Positions 1 to 8,922 of a stretch of 52,845 bases of DNA are shown here, in pieces; positions within the stretch are counted from its first letter, which is position 1; every line of letters starts with the position of its first letter. The stretch lies in assembly GCA_903931835.1 (NCBI GenBank), contig CAIZEE010000120.1, positions 1 through 52,845 on the forward strand, in the 5' to 3' direction. The position numbers were made by a program, and so were the translations under genes. This stretch comes from an uncultured Elstera sp. Lineage in GTDB: Bacteria; Pseudomonadota; Alphaproteobacteria; Elsterales; Elsteraceae. Under the pieces are notes generated by a model. It searched no databases. It worked only from the letters and a program-made list of their open reading frames with translations, and was not told the origin of the DNA.

Positions 1-1366
1 AGGCGTAGAGCAAGGCGCGATTGACGGTAAAGCCATTCGGCGGAACCCAAGGCGGCTCAGGATAGAAAGCCGCATCATAGCGCATTCCCGTCGTCTGCTG
101 AATCTGCACGGCGAGGCGCATGGCGAGGCCGGGCATGCCACCCCGTTCAGCGATGGTCAGCAGGGTCGGCGCCAAGGCTGGCGGCAAGCGGCAGAACACA
201 TGCCGTAATTCTGTCTCCGCCGCCTCCCGGTCGCCGATCTGCAGCAAGGCGAGCGCACGGGTGACGCCGGCAAATGACTGAAGCCGAGCAATTTCGCCGC
301 CATGCACAACAGGCAAGCTCCAATCGAAGCCGATATCCGATCCCAGCCGCTGGCGGGCCAGCAAGCCATAGAATGTGTATTGATGGTCGGCTGCTTCGCC
401 GAGCCAATGATCGGCCTCAACCAGATGACCGGAGGCTAGGTGACTGCGCCAGGCCCAGAAGGCGCCGGCAGACTGCGTCCAGGGCGAGGCCATACCGGAA
501 GTCGCGACACGCTCAAAATACACCGAGGCGACCCCCGGACGTCCCAGGCGCCAGGCGGCCAGCCCGGCGATCCAGCCCGCCATCGGAACTCGATCGGCGG
601 AACGCGACGCGGTCGACGCAAGCTCGAAGGCGCTGTCATCCCGGCCACTGGCAAAAAGGCTTGCCGCAATCTCAGCGCGCAGCTGGTCGCTTGCGGCTTG
701 GTCCTTGATCTGTCCTGACCGCTGTTGGAGAACGCGCAACGCGTCGACCGCATCGCCGTGCCGCAGCGTCTCACGAACCGCCGACGCGGTGGCGTCGAAG
801 GAAGCTGCGCCGGAACCGGGTCGATACGGTTGATCCCCCCAATTGCGCATATCGTCGCCATTGCCGATCAACTCAGCACCGGTAAGCGGCTTGGTCGGCC
901 GTTGCACGCCCTTGGCGCTGACAGCCAGACGATAAATCTGATCTGCCTGTGGCATATCGGGATAGGCCGCCAGCCACCGCTCCAATTCGCGTCCGGAAGA
1001 CTTATAGCGGCGGTCGAGATAGCGGATGGCGAGTACCTGACCGACGAGACGCCGATCCTCCAATGCCGCAATTAGGCGATCGGCCATCGCCCAATCGGCG
1101 GTGGCCTCAGCTGACAAGATACGGCGATACAGCACAACGTCGCCGGCCGATAGAATGTCCGGCAGGCTAACGGTGACTTGTCTTTTCACCTGATAGGCAG
1201 ATCCCGTCGGCTGCGCTTGCTGTGCCGCCGGATCAACGCTCAACGGCAGCGCCGACACCCGTTCTGCGACGATCAGAGCCGTGATTAGGAGAGCGGCGCA
1301 CAGCCCATTTTGGACGACCCGGCGCTGCCGGAATCGGCTAGGAAAGCTTGGTTGGCTTCGAATCAT
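1..1366 (-). CDS. Soluble lytic murein transglycosylase-like protein, N-terminal part (gene continues past the left window edge)
   Basis: Absent from the ORF track because no stop lies inside the window. Hand translation of the minus strand from ATG (1366..1364) stays open to position 1: MIRSQPSFPSRFRQRRVVQNGLCAALLITALIVAERVSALPLSVD...RRLVGQVLAIRYLDRRYKSSGRELERWLAAYPDMPQADQIYRLAV...HQYTFYGLLARQRLG. It has a signal-like N-terminus plus a helical-repeat region resembling the Slt70 U-domain. The track ORFs 147..1170 are in other frames. Confidence 0.65.
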   Translation of the reverse strand, partial: MIRSQPSFPSRFRQRRVVQNGLCAALLITALIVAERVSALPLSVDPAAQQAQPTGSAYQVKRQVTVSLPDILSAGDVVLYRRILSAEATADWAMADRLIAALEDRRLVGQVLAIRYLDRRYKSSGRELERWLAAYPDMPQADQIYRLAVSAKGVQRPTKPLTGAELIGNGDDMRNWGDQPYRPGSGAASFDATASAVRETLRHGDAVDALRVLQQRSGQIKDQAASDQLRAEIAASLFASGRDDSAFELASTASRSADRVPMAGWIAGLAAWRLGRPGVASVYFERVATSGMASPWTQSAGAFWAWRSHLASGHLVEADHWLGEAADHQYTFYGLLARQRLGSDIGFDWSLPVVHGGEIARLQSFAGVTRALALLQIGDREAAETELRHVFCRLPPALAPTLLTIAERGGMPGLAMRLAVQIQQTTGMRYDAAFYPEPPWVPPNGFTVNRALLYA

Positions 1367-1462
1367 GGCGCTGCATATAAAGCATTGTTTGCTTTTTTGC
1401 AAGATAGGGGGTTAACCCCGACAGTCACAGCGGATTACTTCGCGTTAACCAACAACATAAAA

Positions 1463-2287
1463 TCAGGTTAATATACCGAGTTCTTGGAGTTTCATTTTTA
1501 CTAATAAAAAGTCCTTCCAAGTCTCGCGTTTTTGTCCTGGAGAGCGTAACAGATACGATGGATGAAAAGTTGCAATGGTCGCGATATTTTCCAAAACCGG
1601 CACGTTACTATCGGTCATCCAACGCCCACGAAACTTAGTGATTCCGTCGGTTCTGGACAGCACGGTGCGCGCCGAAACACTGCCGCTCAGGATCAAGACT
1701 CGCGGTCTCAGAAGAGCGATTTGACGCTCGACAAAGGGAAGGCAGATAGCGGTTTCGATAGGCGTCGGCGCGCGGTTGGCGGGCGGCCGCCAGAAGATCA
1801 CATTGGTAATGTAGACATTGCGCTGCCGATCAAGGCCGATGGCGGCCAGCATCTGATCCAGCAGGCGACCGCTGGGGCCGACAAAGGGTTTGCCGAGCCT
1901 GTCCTCCTCCGCCCCCGGCGCCTCCCCGATCACCATGACCGGCGCGTCCGGGGCACCGTCGCTGAACACAGTCCGTGTTGCCGGCGTCCGCAACGGGCAG
2001 CCGGTGAAAGCGGCCACAGCCTCCGCCAATTCGGCAAGCGTCGCGCATTTCGCCGCGATCGCAGCAGCGTCGGCGCCGGCCTGTCCTGCACCAGGTGCAA
2101 GGGCCGGCGCCTGCGCCTGTTGAGCGGGCGGCAGGCGCTGCGATGGCGGCGGCGGCGGCGCTTTGACCGGCGCGTCTGCCTCTGCCACATCGGTCAAACG
2201 GTTCAGGGCGTGATCCGACAACGCCTCATCGACACCGATCGCCTTGTACCAGTCCAGCCACGCTTTGGTTGCTTCCGGGGATTCCAT
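1463..2287 (-). CDS. Uracil-DNA glycosylase, family 4
   Basis: 274-aa ORF. The C-terminal half has family-4 UDG motifs (VMVIGEAPGAEEDRLGKPFVGPSGRLL, FHPSYLLR). The N-terminal region is Pro/Ala-rich. Confidence 0.88.
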   Translation of the reverse strand: MESPEATKAWLDWYKAIGVDEALSDHALNRLTDVAEADAPVKAPPPPPSQRLPPAQQAQAPALAPGAGQAGADAAAIAAKCATLAELAEAVAAFTGCPLRTPATRTVFSDGAPDAPVMVIGEAPGAEEDRLGKPFVGPSGRLLDQMLAAIGLDRQRNVYITNVIFWRPPANRAPTPIETAICLPFVERQIALLRPRVLILSGSVSARTVLSRTDGITKFRGRWMTDSNVPVLENIATIATFHPSYLLRSPGQKRETWKDFLLVKMKLQELGILT

Positions 2288-2497
2288 TCACCCAGGCTAG
2301 CACAGCTGAAAAATCTGGAGCAGGGGTTGCGCGCAGCCCCACGGTCAAGGCATTGTTTTGCAGCCGCCGATAGAGTGTCCTGCTTCAAATCCGCCACAAA
2401 GGATGACTATCCAGGCCCCTGGCTTCGTATAATGTGAAAGCCGCAGGTCGTCTGGCGCCGCGGGCGCCGCCTTGTTCAACAGAGTGCTGGAACCGAT

Positions 2498-4270
2498 TTG
2501 ACCGATTATCAGATGCTACCGTCGCCACCCGCCGCGTCTGGATCCCGCAAATCGCGGCCAGTTTTGCTGGTCGCCGCCCTGGCCGCAGTCGGCCTGTTCG
2601 GCTGCACACCCAATCCATCCTCGCAATCGGCCGGCCCGGCATCCTCAAGCAGCGACGGCACATCGTCGTTTGGCGCCTATCTGGCGGGAACGGCGGCGGC
2701 GGCGGCCGGCGATTTCGGCGTTGCGGCGCATTATCTGGAACGCGCACTGAGCGATGACCCGCAAAACGTGGAATTGTTGCGCGAGACCTTCACCGTCGAA
2801 ACCGGGGAAGGCAACATCCCGCGCTCGCTCGATCTGGCGCGCCGGCTGATCGCGGTCGAACCCGATTTCACCGTCGCCGACATGGTTCTGGCGGTCGAGG
2901 ATATCAAAGCCGGTCGGTTGGATGCAGGCGATAAACGCCTAGCCGCGTTGCCTGCGACCGGGCTCAATAATTTGCTGGTGCCGCTGTCGCGCGCCTGGAT
3001 CGCTGCTGGACAGAAAAACAAGGACGCCGCTATCGAGTTTATGAAGCCGCTATCGACCGTGAGCGCCTTCCAGACGCTCTATAACCTGCATCTTGGTCTC
3101 ATGATGGATTTGATCGGCGATCAGCAAGAGGCGCAGGCCCGCTTTGATGCGATGTTCAACGCCGATTCTCAGCCGCCCTTCCGCGTTATCGAACTGGTCG
3201 GAAATTACTATGAGCGTCACGGTCAAGCGGATCGGGCACGTCAACTCTACAACGATTTCCAGACGCATAATCCGGACAACGTCTTGTTGTCCGTGGCTTT
3301 CCAGCGCCTGACAAGCGGTACCATTCCCCACGCATCGGTCGCGTCATTGCGCGATGGTCTGGCAGAGGCGATTTTCGACATTGCTTTCATCGTCCAGCAC
3401 GAACGGCCAGGCGATCAACTAGCGCTGGTCTATAACCGGGTCGCCTTGTCGCTGAAGCCGGATTTCCCGATGGGTGAGATGCTGCTCGCCGATATCCTGG
3501 AAACGGCCAATCGGGAAAAAGAGGCTATCGCGATCTATCAGCAGGTATCGCCGGACTCGCCTTTCCGTTGGAGCGCCAGGCTTCGCGCAGCGGGTGCCGA
3601 AGATGCCGCCGGAGAGACCGATCGCGCGGTCGCCGAACTGCAGCAGATGTCGGTGGAGGCCCCCGAACGCGCCGACGCATTGGCCGAACTTGGCGACATT
3701 CTGCGCTCGCATGAGCGGTTTGCCGAGGCGGCCGTAGCCTATGACACCGCCATCTCCCGCCTGCCCAAGATTGAGAAGCGCGATTGGCCCTTGCTGTTCA
3801 ACCGCGCCATCGCGTTCGAACGGAATCATCAGATCCCGCAAGCGGTCGCCGATCTGGAGCACACGCTGCAGCTTCAGCCCGATGAGCCCTATGTGCTGAA
3901 TTATCTGGGGTATGTCTGGGTTGAAAAGGGCATCAACCTGCCCCGTGCGCGTCAGATGATCGAGAAGGCAGTGACGCTGAAGCCCAATGACGGCAGCATC
4001 GTGGATAGTTTGGGCTGGGCCTGCTATCAGCAAGGGCAGTTCAAGGATGCCGTCCGCTTCCTGGAACGCGCCGCAGAGCTCCGGCCGCATGACCCGACCA
4101 TCAATGACCATCTGGGCGATGCCTATTGGCAGGTCGGCCGCCATGCCGAGGCGCACACGCAATGGCAGCGGGCTTTATCCTTTGACGCGGACCCGCCCTT
4201 GCGCGCCGCGATCGCCCATAAGCTTGAAAGCGGCGCTACCAAGCCGAAATCCGCCGAGCAGCATTTGTGA
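2498..4270 (+). CDS. TPR-repeat lipoprotein
   Basis: 590-aa ORF with a lipobox-type signal (LVAALAAVGLFGC) and repeated TPR-like helices (e.g. LGDAYWQVGRHAEAHTQWQRAL). Its stop overlaps the ispE start (GTGA at 4267..4270). The start codon is uncertain (TTG 2498 or ATG 2513). Confidence 0.85.
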   Translation: MTDYQMLPSPPAASGSRKSRPVLLVAALAAVGLFGCTPNPSSQSAGPASSSSDGTSSFGAYLAGTAAAAAGDFGVAAHYLERALSDDPQNVELLRETFTVETGEGNIPRSLDLARRLIAVEPDFTVADMVLAVEDIKAGRLDAGDKRLAALPATGLNNLLVPLSRAWIAAGQKNKDAAIEFMKPLSTVSAFQTLYNLHLGLMMDLIGDQQEAQARFDAMFNADSQPPFRVIELVGNYYERHGQADRARQLYNDFQTHNPDNVLLSVAFQRLTSGTIPHASVASLRDGLAEAIFDIAFIVQHERPGDQLALVYNRVALSLKPDFPMGEMLLADILETANREKEAIAIYQQVSPDSPFRWSARLRAAGAEDAAGETDRAVAELQQMSVEAPERADALAELGDILRSHERFAEAAVAYDTAISRLPKIEKRDWPLLFNRAIAFERNHQIPQAVADLEHTLQLQPDEPYVLNYLGYVWVEKGINLPRARQMIEKAVTLKPNDGSIVDSLGWACYQQGQFKDAVRFLERAAELRPHDPTINDHLGDAYWQVGRHAEAHTQWQRALSFDADPPLRAAIAHKLESGATKPKSAEQHL

Positions 4271-5151
4271 CCACGACGATAGTGCAGGCAGGTAACGGCG
4301 TCACCGAATCGGCGCCCGCCAAGATCAATCTATTCCTGCGCCTCACCGGTAAGCGCGACGACGGTTATCATCTGCTCGACAGCCTGGTCGGCTTCACCGA
4401 ATTCGGCGACAGCCTGACCGCCGAGCCGGCCGAAACCTTGAGCCTGACAATCGACGGCCCCTTCTCGGCCTTATTGAGCGTTGAACCCGATAATCTGGTT
4501 CTGCGCGCGGCGCGCGCTCTACAAGCGGCGACGGGGGTGCAAGCGGGCGCCCATCTGACCCTGACAAAACGCCTGCCGATCGCGTCGGGCATAGGCGGCG
4601 GTTCGAGCGATGCCGCCGCCACCCTGCGGGCGCTGTGCCGCCTATGGAGCCTCAGTATTGATCAATGCGCGCTGGAGGCGATCGGCTTGCCGCTTGGCGC
4701 TGATATTCCGGTCTGTATCGAGGCCCGGCCGGCGCGCATGACCGGGGTTGGCGAACAGGTGGAACGGCTGACGGGCCTACCCGAAGTGGCGTTGTTACTG
4801 ATCAATCCAGGCGTGGCGCTTGCGACCGGGCCGGTTTTCAAGGCGCGCAGCGGCGCGTTTACTTCGCCATTTGGCGCGTTGCCTACCCTCGCCAATGCGG
4901 CAAGCCTGGCCGAGTTGGTTCGGCAAGCGGGCAACGATCTGACCGAACCCGCCAAGGCGTTGTGCCCGCCTGTTGCAAAAGTTCTGGTGGCGCTTGAGGC
5001 GGAGCCAGATTGCCTGGCGGCGGCCATGTCAGGAAGCGGCGCCACGTGTTTTGGCGTATTTGCCAATCTGACGGCGGCGCAATCGGCTGCGGCGAGATTG
5101 GCGAAAACCGAAAGCTGGTGGGTTTGCGCCACGCTCCTTAGATCAAACTAG
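4267..5151 (+). CDS. ispE: 4-diphosphocytidyl-2-C-methyl-D-erythritol kinase
   Basis: GHMP-kinase/IspE motifs APAKINLFLRLTGKRDDGYH and PIASGIGGGSSDAAATLRAL; 294 aa; GTG start overlapping the upstream stop. Confidence 0.95.
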   Translation: MTTTIVQAGNGVTESAPAKINLFLRLTGKRDDGYHLLDSLVGFTEFGDSLTAEPAETLSLTIDGPFSALLSVEPDNLVLRAARALQAATGVQAGAHLTLTKRLPIASGIGGGSSDAAATLRALCRLWSLSIDQCALEAIGLPLGADIPVCIEARPARMTGVGEQVERLTGLPEVALLLINPGVALATGPVFKARSGAFTSPFGALPTLANAASLAELVRQAGNDLTEPAKALCPPVAKVLVALEAEPDCLAAAMSGSGATCFGVFANLTAAQSAAARLAKTESWWVCATLLRSN

Positions 5152-5220
5152 GCGACGGCTGCAACATTCGCGTATCGCCGCTTGCCTGATGGCAGGTTCG
5201 TCGATATTTTCCCCGCTCCT

Positions 5221-5294
5221 TGGGGTGTGGTGAAATGGTATCACACCGGATTTTGATTCCGAGATTCCAGGTTCGAGCCCTGGCACCCCAGCCA
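5221..5294 (+). tRNA. tRNA-Gln (anticodon UUG)
   Basis: 74-nt cloverleaf read by eye. The acceptor is TGGGGTG/CACCCCA followed by G-CCA, the anticodon loop is TTTTGAT with TTG central, and the T-arm is CAGGTTCGAGCCCTG. It closely resembles bacterial tRNA-Gln. Confidence 0.9.
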
Positions 5295-5327
5295 ATCACC
5301 CTGTCTCACACCTGATCCTTCAGGCCG

Positions 5328-5828
5328 CTATTCGGTCTCGCGCGGATATCGCTGTTCGATTTCCAGTACTGCGAGGCGGGCGAGCTTTTTCAAAAGGATG
5401 AGCTCCCTATCCTCGACACGCGGATGCGCCACGGAATCGATGATGCATAACGTACCGATCCGGACATTGTTTGAGGTAATCAACGGAACGCCGGCGTAGA
5501 ACCGGATATGGGGTTCGCCAGTCACGAACGGATTGTTTTTGAACTCCGGATCAGTCTTTGCATCGTTGACGATGAAGGCGTCTCTTGGTTCAAGCAGCCT
5601 TGAACAGAACGCCACGTCGAGGCTGCTTTGGCCCCTTGGTATGCCGAAAGCCGCCTTGAACCATTGCCGCTGGTCGTCCAGCAGCGAGATGACGCTGATT
5701 GGCGCATCAACCACCATGGATGCCGCGTGAACCAAGTCATCAAGGACCGCATCGGGGGCGCTGTCCATGATCTTGAGGCGGCTGAGTTCCGCCAGCCGCG
5801 CCGCCGTTTCCTTCGCTACCAGCTTCAT
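5328..5828 (-). CDS. Stand-alone GAF domain protein
   Basis: 166 aa consisting only of a GAF-type module (RLAELSRLKIMDS...QRQWFKAAFG...FYAGVPL...IGTLCIID). It is a paralog of the N-terminal GAF of the kinase at 28323..31940. RBS AAGGGGG lies upstream of the ATG. Confidence 0.85.
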   Translation of the reverse strand: MKLVAKETAARLAELSRLKIMDSAPDAVLDDLVHAASMVVDAPISVISLLDDQRQWFKAAFGIPRGQSSLDVAFCSRLLEPRDAFIVNDAKTDPEFKNNPFVTGEPHIRFYAGVPLITSNNVRIGTLCIIDSVAHPRVEDRELILLKKLARLAVLEIEQRYPRETE

Positions 5829-5910
5829 CTTTGCACCCCCTTTTGTTTATTTAACAAACGATAAGCGCCCCTGTCCCTTCAGCACGACTATTTGTAACTA
5901 CAGTATGCGT

Positions 5911-6624
5911 TCAAACTCTTCGGGTAATTACTTGGTTGAGAAGGCGACTGTTTACGGCGCTTAGCACAACCGGATCAGCATCGAACAGCTCGATCGAGCC
6001 ATCCACGCTCGGCTGCGCCAAGGTCTGCTCGTAACGCTGTTCGGCGGCAACCAGCGTAACTTCCTCGTTGCGGCGCAGCTCCAGCATCTGCACCTTACCG
6101 GTGTCGGGGAAGTAGTGAATGCGACGGGGATGAGCCCCGCGCAAATGGCCGGCGGCAATCGGCAGCCCCTCCGCATCCAGATAATCCTCGACGAAATCGG
6201 CATTCTTCCAGCCGATGGTCGCGCCGTTATTCAGCACGTTGGCGCCACTGAACACCTTTATCTCGAGGCGATCGCGCTTGGCGCCACGCATCAGCAGATC
6301 ATTGATCAGACGCTCCATGGCAAAATTGCCATAGCGCAGGCTGGCCTTCGAGGCCCCCCACTGACCGGCTTCGCTGGAGGGCAGCATGAAGTGGTTCATG
6401 CCGCCAACACCGGCGATCGGGTCGCGGATGCAGGCGGCGACACAGCTACCGAGTACGGTGATGACCGCCGTATCCAGATCGTCGCTGACATAGTGCTCGC
6501 CCGGCAGTACCCGGACCGGCGCACTGGTGGCGTCCAGAGTGGGCACGGACGAAAATGTACGTCCCATCGCGCACCGATCAAAGCGCCGGTCCAGGGTTTG
6601 CGCAATTGGCATAATCATGGTCAT
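5911..6624 (-). CDS. cheD: Chemoreceptor glutamine deamidase CheD (copy 2, with C-terminal extension)
   Basis: CheD core motifs VLGSCVAACIRDP..GVGGMNHFMLP and RYGNFAMERLIN; 237 aa. It follows cheY2 after a 31-nt gap. The exact start (6624, 6618 or 6612) is uncertain. Confidence 0.9.
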   Translation of the reverse strand: MTMIMPIAQTLDRRFDRCAMGRTFSSVPTLDATSAPVRVLPGEHYVSDDLDTAVITVLGSCVAACIRDPIAGVGGMNHFMLPSSEAGQWGASKASLRYGNFAMERLINDLLMRGAKRDRLEIKVFSGANVLNNGATIGWKNADFVEDYLDAEGLPIAAGHLRGAHPRRIHYFPDTGKVQMLELRRNEEVTLVAAEQRYEQTLAQPSVDGSIELFDADPVVLSAVNSRLLNQVITRRV

Positions 6625-6655
6625 GATCGGGCGATCCTATGTCTATCTGTGCAGC

Positions 6656-7021
6656 TCAAGCGCAAACGCGCGTGACGAGTTCGATCAGCTTCGCCGGATC
6701 GAACGGCTTGACGAGCCAGCCGGTGGCGCCTGCCGCCCGTCCTTCCGCCTTCTTCTGCGCATCGCCTTCAGTCGTCAGCATCAGAATCGGAACCGCGCGG
6801 TATTTCGGGTCGTTGCGCAGGCTGCGGATCAGAGACAGACCGTCCATTTTCGGCATGTTCAGGTCGGTGATGATCAGATCGACCGGGCTGCGGTCGAGGG
6901 ACGACAGGGCCTGCTGCCCATCTTCGGCGGATACAACCTGGAAGCCAGCGCTGCTCAACGTGTAGGCGACCAGATCGCGCATCGTCTTTGAGTCGTCTAC
7001 CGCCATAATCCGCTTTTGCAT
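6656..7021 (-). CDS. cheY: Single-domain response regulator CheY (copy 2)
   Basis: 121-aa receiver only: MAVDDSKTMRD, phospho-acceptor context DLIITDLNMPKMDG, and a LVKPF lysine motif. RBS AGGAG is 8 nt upstream. By eye it is about 80% identical to the CheY at 26298..26663. Confidence 0.95.
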   Translation of the reverse strand: MQKRIMAVDDSKTMRDLVAYTLSSAGFQVVSAEDGQQALSSLDRSPVDLIITDLNMPKMDGLSLIRSLRNDPKYRAVPILMLTTEGDAQKKAEGRAAGATGWLVKPFDPAKLIELVTRVCA

Positions 7022-7140
7022 TCGATCGTCTCCTGTTCGCCCAAGGTTTGCGGTTCCGTGTCTGACGGCCCCTGCATTCGCTTCGTGTGAACAGAAGGTA
7101 GCAACTCCTTTTGGTATTGAATGATATGAAGTGTCCTGAT

Positions 7141-7159
7141 TTGTAAGGGAAAGTTACAA
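7141..7159. promoter_or_regulatory. Palindromic candidate operator TTGTAAG-ggaaa-GTTACAA
   Basis: Inverted repeat read directly (6/7 arm complementarity; TTGTAA/TTACAA is perfect). It lies about 120 nt upstream of the cheY2 start and is near-identical to the site at 12270..12289. Confidence 0.5.
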
Positions 7160-7265
7160 TTTCTGTTTACCGCCCATTAACGATAATTTATAGTGAGAAT
7201 TTCATATATTGTAGTATTGATTTTTATAACGTCGCTTTTGGCAGTGAATTGACGCACGCCAATCC

Positions 7266-7291
7266 ACCTTTACTTACAAATATATATAAAA
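7266..7291 (+). promoter_or_regulatory. Shared AT-rich box ACCTTTACTTACAAATATATATAAAA
   Basis: Aligns with 27148..27171 (ACCTTACTCACAAATATATCAAAA), about 21 of 24 positions with two 1-2 nt indels. Both lie in AT-rich islands upstream of cheY-led operons. Confidence 0.4.
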
Positions 7292-7329
7292 CTATATTTC
7301 GTCAAACCGCTAATTAACTATACAGTATA

Positions 7330-7358
7330 TTGACGATAGCGGGCTTGAATGTTCTAAT
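7330..7358 (+). promoter_or_regulatory. Sigma70-like promoter candidate (TTGACG-N17-TCTAAT) facing the REC-EAL gene
   Basis: The hexamers and 17-nt spacer were counted by hand. If used, transcription starts near 7365, which argues against the TTG at 7374 as the translation start. Confidence 0.35.
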
Positions 7359-7547
7359 GCCGCGTGCGCATCTTTGGTCAACTTGATCGGACCGTTAGCG
7401 GCAACGATCTCGGCAGCGCACATTGAGGCCTCACGTTTCATTACAAGAGTTAGTCCTTTCCGACATGTCTCGACACACAGAAACACGGTTCGTCGATATG
7501 GTTGGCCTCAGTTCAAAGACACGCCAATCCTCCGAGGAGTCCGGGAC

Positions 7548-8828
7548 ATGATCGACAGTGCCGATATGATGATGGAAGAACATGGCTTTGAGAGTGACTA
7601 CCTGTCCCTCGCCGTATCACCCGCATCTGAGACGGTCTTTCAACCGAAGGACGTACGCCAGAACAGCGCGCAGTTCGTCGGCGCCAACCGTGTTCTGATC
7701 GTCGATGACGACCCACAGATCCAACGGTTGCTGTCGCAGGTTGCCCGTCGGGTCGGTTATGAAACCATTGCAGCCGACACGATAGATAGCGCACTGGAAT
7801 CGATTCAGGGTGGCGCTGCACTGATCCTGCTCGATCTCCAGCTTGACGGCTGCGACGGCCTTGGCCTGATCGATCGCTTGTCTCTGTCGCATCCCGGCAC
7901 GCCGATCGTGCTAATGAGCGGCTGCGACCCTCGGCTGCTGACGATGGCGGAGAATGCCTGCAAGGAGCATGACTGCACCATCGCCGGCGTCCTGTCCAAG
8001 CCGTTTGAGATGTCGGCGCTCGCCACGATTCTAAAACGCTATCGCCGTGATACGGCGGAGACGGCACGTCAGCGACTGGAACAGGCGATGCGCACCGGCG
8101 CCATCGTTGCGCATTATCAACCGATTGTTGATCTGCAGACCGGAATTCTGGCTGGCGCCGAAGCGCTGGTCCGGTGGGCGCATCCCGAGCTTGGCTTGCT
8201 GTCGCCGGCCAACATCATTCCGCAGGCGGAGGAAAACGGTCTGATGCCGGACTTGACCTTCCTGATGCTGGAACAGGCAATCCGAGACTGGGGAAATTTA
8301 CCGGTTGATTACCGAAACCTAAATGTCGCGGTCAACGTGTCGCCGAGCGTGCTGGCGGATGATCATCTGGTCGTGAAGGTCGTGGAACTGCTCAAGACCT
8401 ATGATTTGCCGCCGGAGCGTCTCACCCTCGAGATCACGGAATCAGCCAGCCTGCTGGACGTTCCCAAGGTTCGCACAGCGCTGTGCCGTCTGCGCCTTCT
8501 CGGCGTGGAATTGTCGTTGGACGATTTTGGTACCGGTTATTCGTCACTCCTGGCGCTGCGCGATCTGCCGTTCAACAAGGTCAAGCTCGACCGGGCATTC
8601 GTCACCCATGCCGATGCCCAGCCCGAACAGCTCGCCATTGCAACCTCGGTCACCCGCCTGGTCCACGACCTCAACCTTAAGCTCGTTGGCGAAGGAATCG
8701 AGTCACAGCAGTGTTTCGATCTATCTCGACAGATTGGCATGGACTACGGACAAGGCTTTTTGATCGCGCGTCCAATTGGCTATAGCGATTTCAGAAAATA
8801 CGCTTGTATGCATCCAAGCATGAACTAG
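7548..8828 (+). CDS. Response-regulator receiver + EAL domain protein (c-di-GMP phosphodiesterase)
   Basis: REC (VLIVDDDPQIQ...LILLDLQLDG...SKPF) followed by an EAL domain with catalytic signatures (EALVRW, LEITES, DDFGTGYSS, KLDRAF, GEGIES, QG). The track ORF extends to TTG 7374. I prefer ATG 7548, preceded by GAGGAG 8 nt upstream. The lower-GC 7374-7547 stretch looks non-coding. Confidence 0.85.
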   Translation: MIDSADMMMEEHGFESDYLSLAVSPASETVFQPKDVRQNSAQFVGANRVLIVDDDPQIQRLLSQVARRVGYETIAADTIDSALESIQGGAALILLDLQLDGCDGLGLIDRLSLSHPGTPIVLMSGCDPRLLTMAENACKEHDCTIAGVLSKPFEMSALATILKRYRRDTAETARQRLEQAMRTGAIVAHYQPIVDLQTGILAGAEALVRWAHPELGLLSPANIIPQAEENGLMPDLTFLMLEQAIRDWGNLPVDYRNLNVAVNVSPSVLADDHLVVKVVELLKTYDLPPERLTLEITESASLLDVPKVRTALCRLRLLGVELSLDDFGTGYSSLLALRDLPFNKVKLDRAFVTHADAQPEQLAIATSVTRLVHDLNLKLVGEGIESQQCFDLSRQIGMDYGQGFLIARPIGYSDFRKYACMHPSMN

Positions 8829-8906
8829 AAATTCAATCAGCAAGCGCGCGACGCCTTACCACAATATCATTCCATGCACATCGATATGGGGGCCTATCAC
8901 TTCGAT

Positions 8907-8922
8907 TTAACTGCGCGTTAAC
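8907..8922. promoter_or_regulatory. CtrA-box-like sequence TTAA-N7-TTAAC
   Basis: TTAACTGCGCGTTAAC read directly, about 175 nt upstream of the CHASE kinase ATG (9097). It matches the established alphaproteobacterial CtrA consensus TTAA-N7-TTAAC. Confidence 0.3.

Larger units (their letters stand above)
7080..7373. other. AT-rich intergenic island between divergent cheY2 operon and REC-EAL gene
   Basis: Hand counts of 60-nt blocks give 32% G+C (7141-7200), 37% (7201-7260) and 25% (7261-7320), within an otherwise >60% G+C window. Confidence 0.9.

Noticed and set aside
147-1170. Seven short track ORFs (61-144 aa) on both strands at the left edge
   Set aside because: They have Arg/Pro/Ala-rich, low-complexity translations typical of off-frame reading in high-GC DNA. 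A single continuous minus-strand frame (1..1366) with a protein-like sequence explains the region.
1408-1419. Perfect 12-bp palindrome GGGGTTAACCCC between the UDG and transglycosylase genes, with a nearby TTGC-TTTTTT-GCAA
   Set aside because: It is a single short palindrome with no second copy seen and no loop for a terminator. There is not enough evidence to call a site.
3419-4162. 247-aa antisense ORF inside the TPR gene. Similar long shadows occur at 10617..11328, 15016..15915, 20666..21385, 22468..23307, 36065..36778, 37630..38298, 38644..39210, 47019..47675, 48141..48887 and 50105..50878
   Set aside because: All lie opposite or out of frame to genes with clear family motifs. Their translations are Arg/Gly/Asp-rich with no recognisable domains. 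Stop-codon-poor antisense frames are expected at this GC content.
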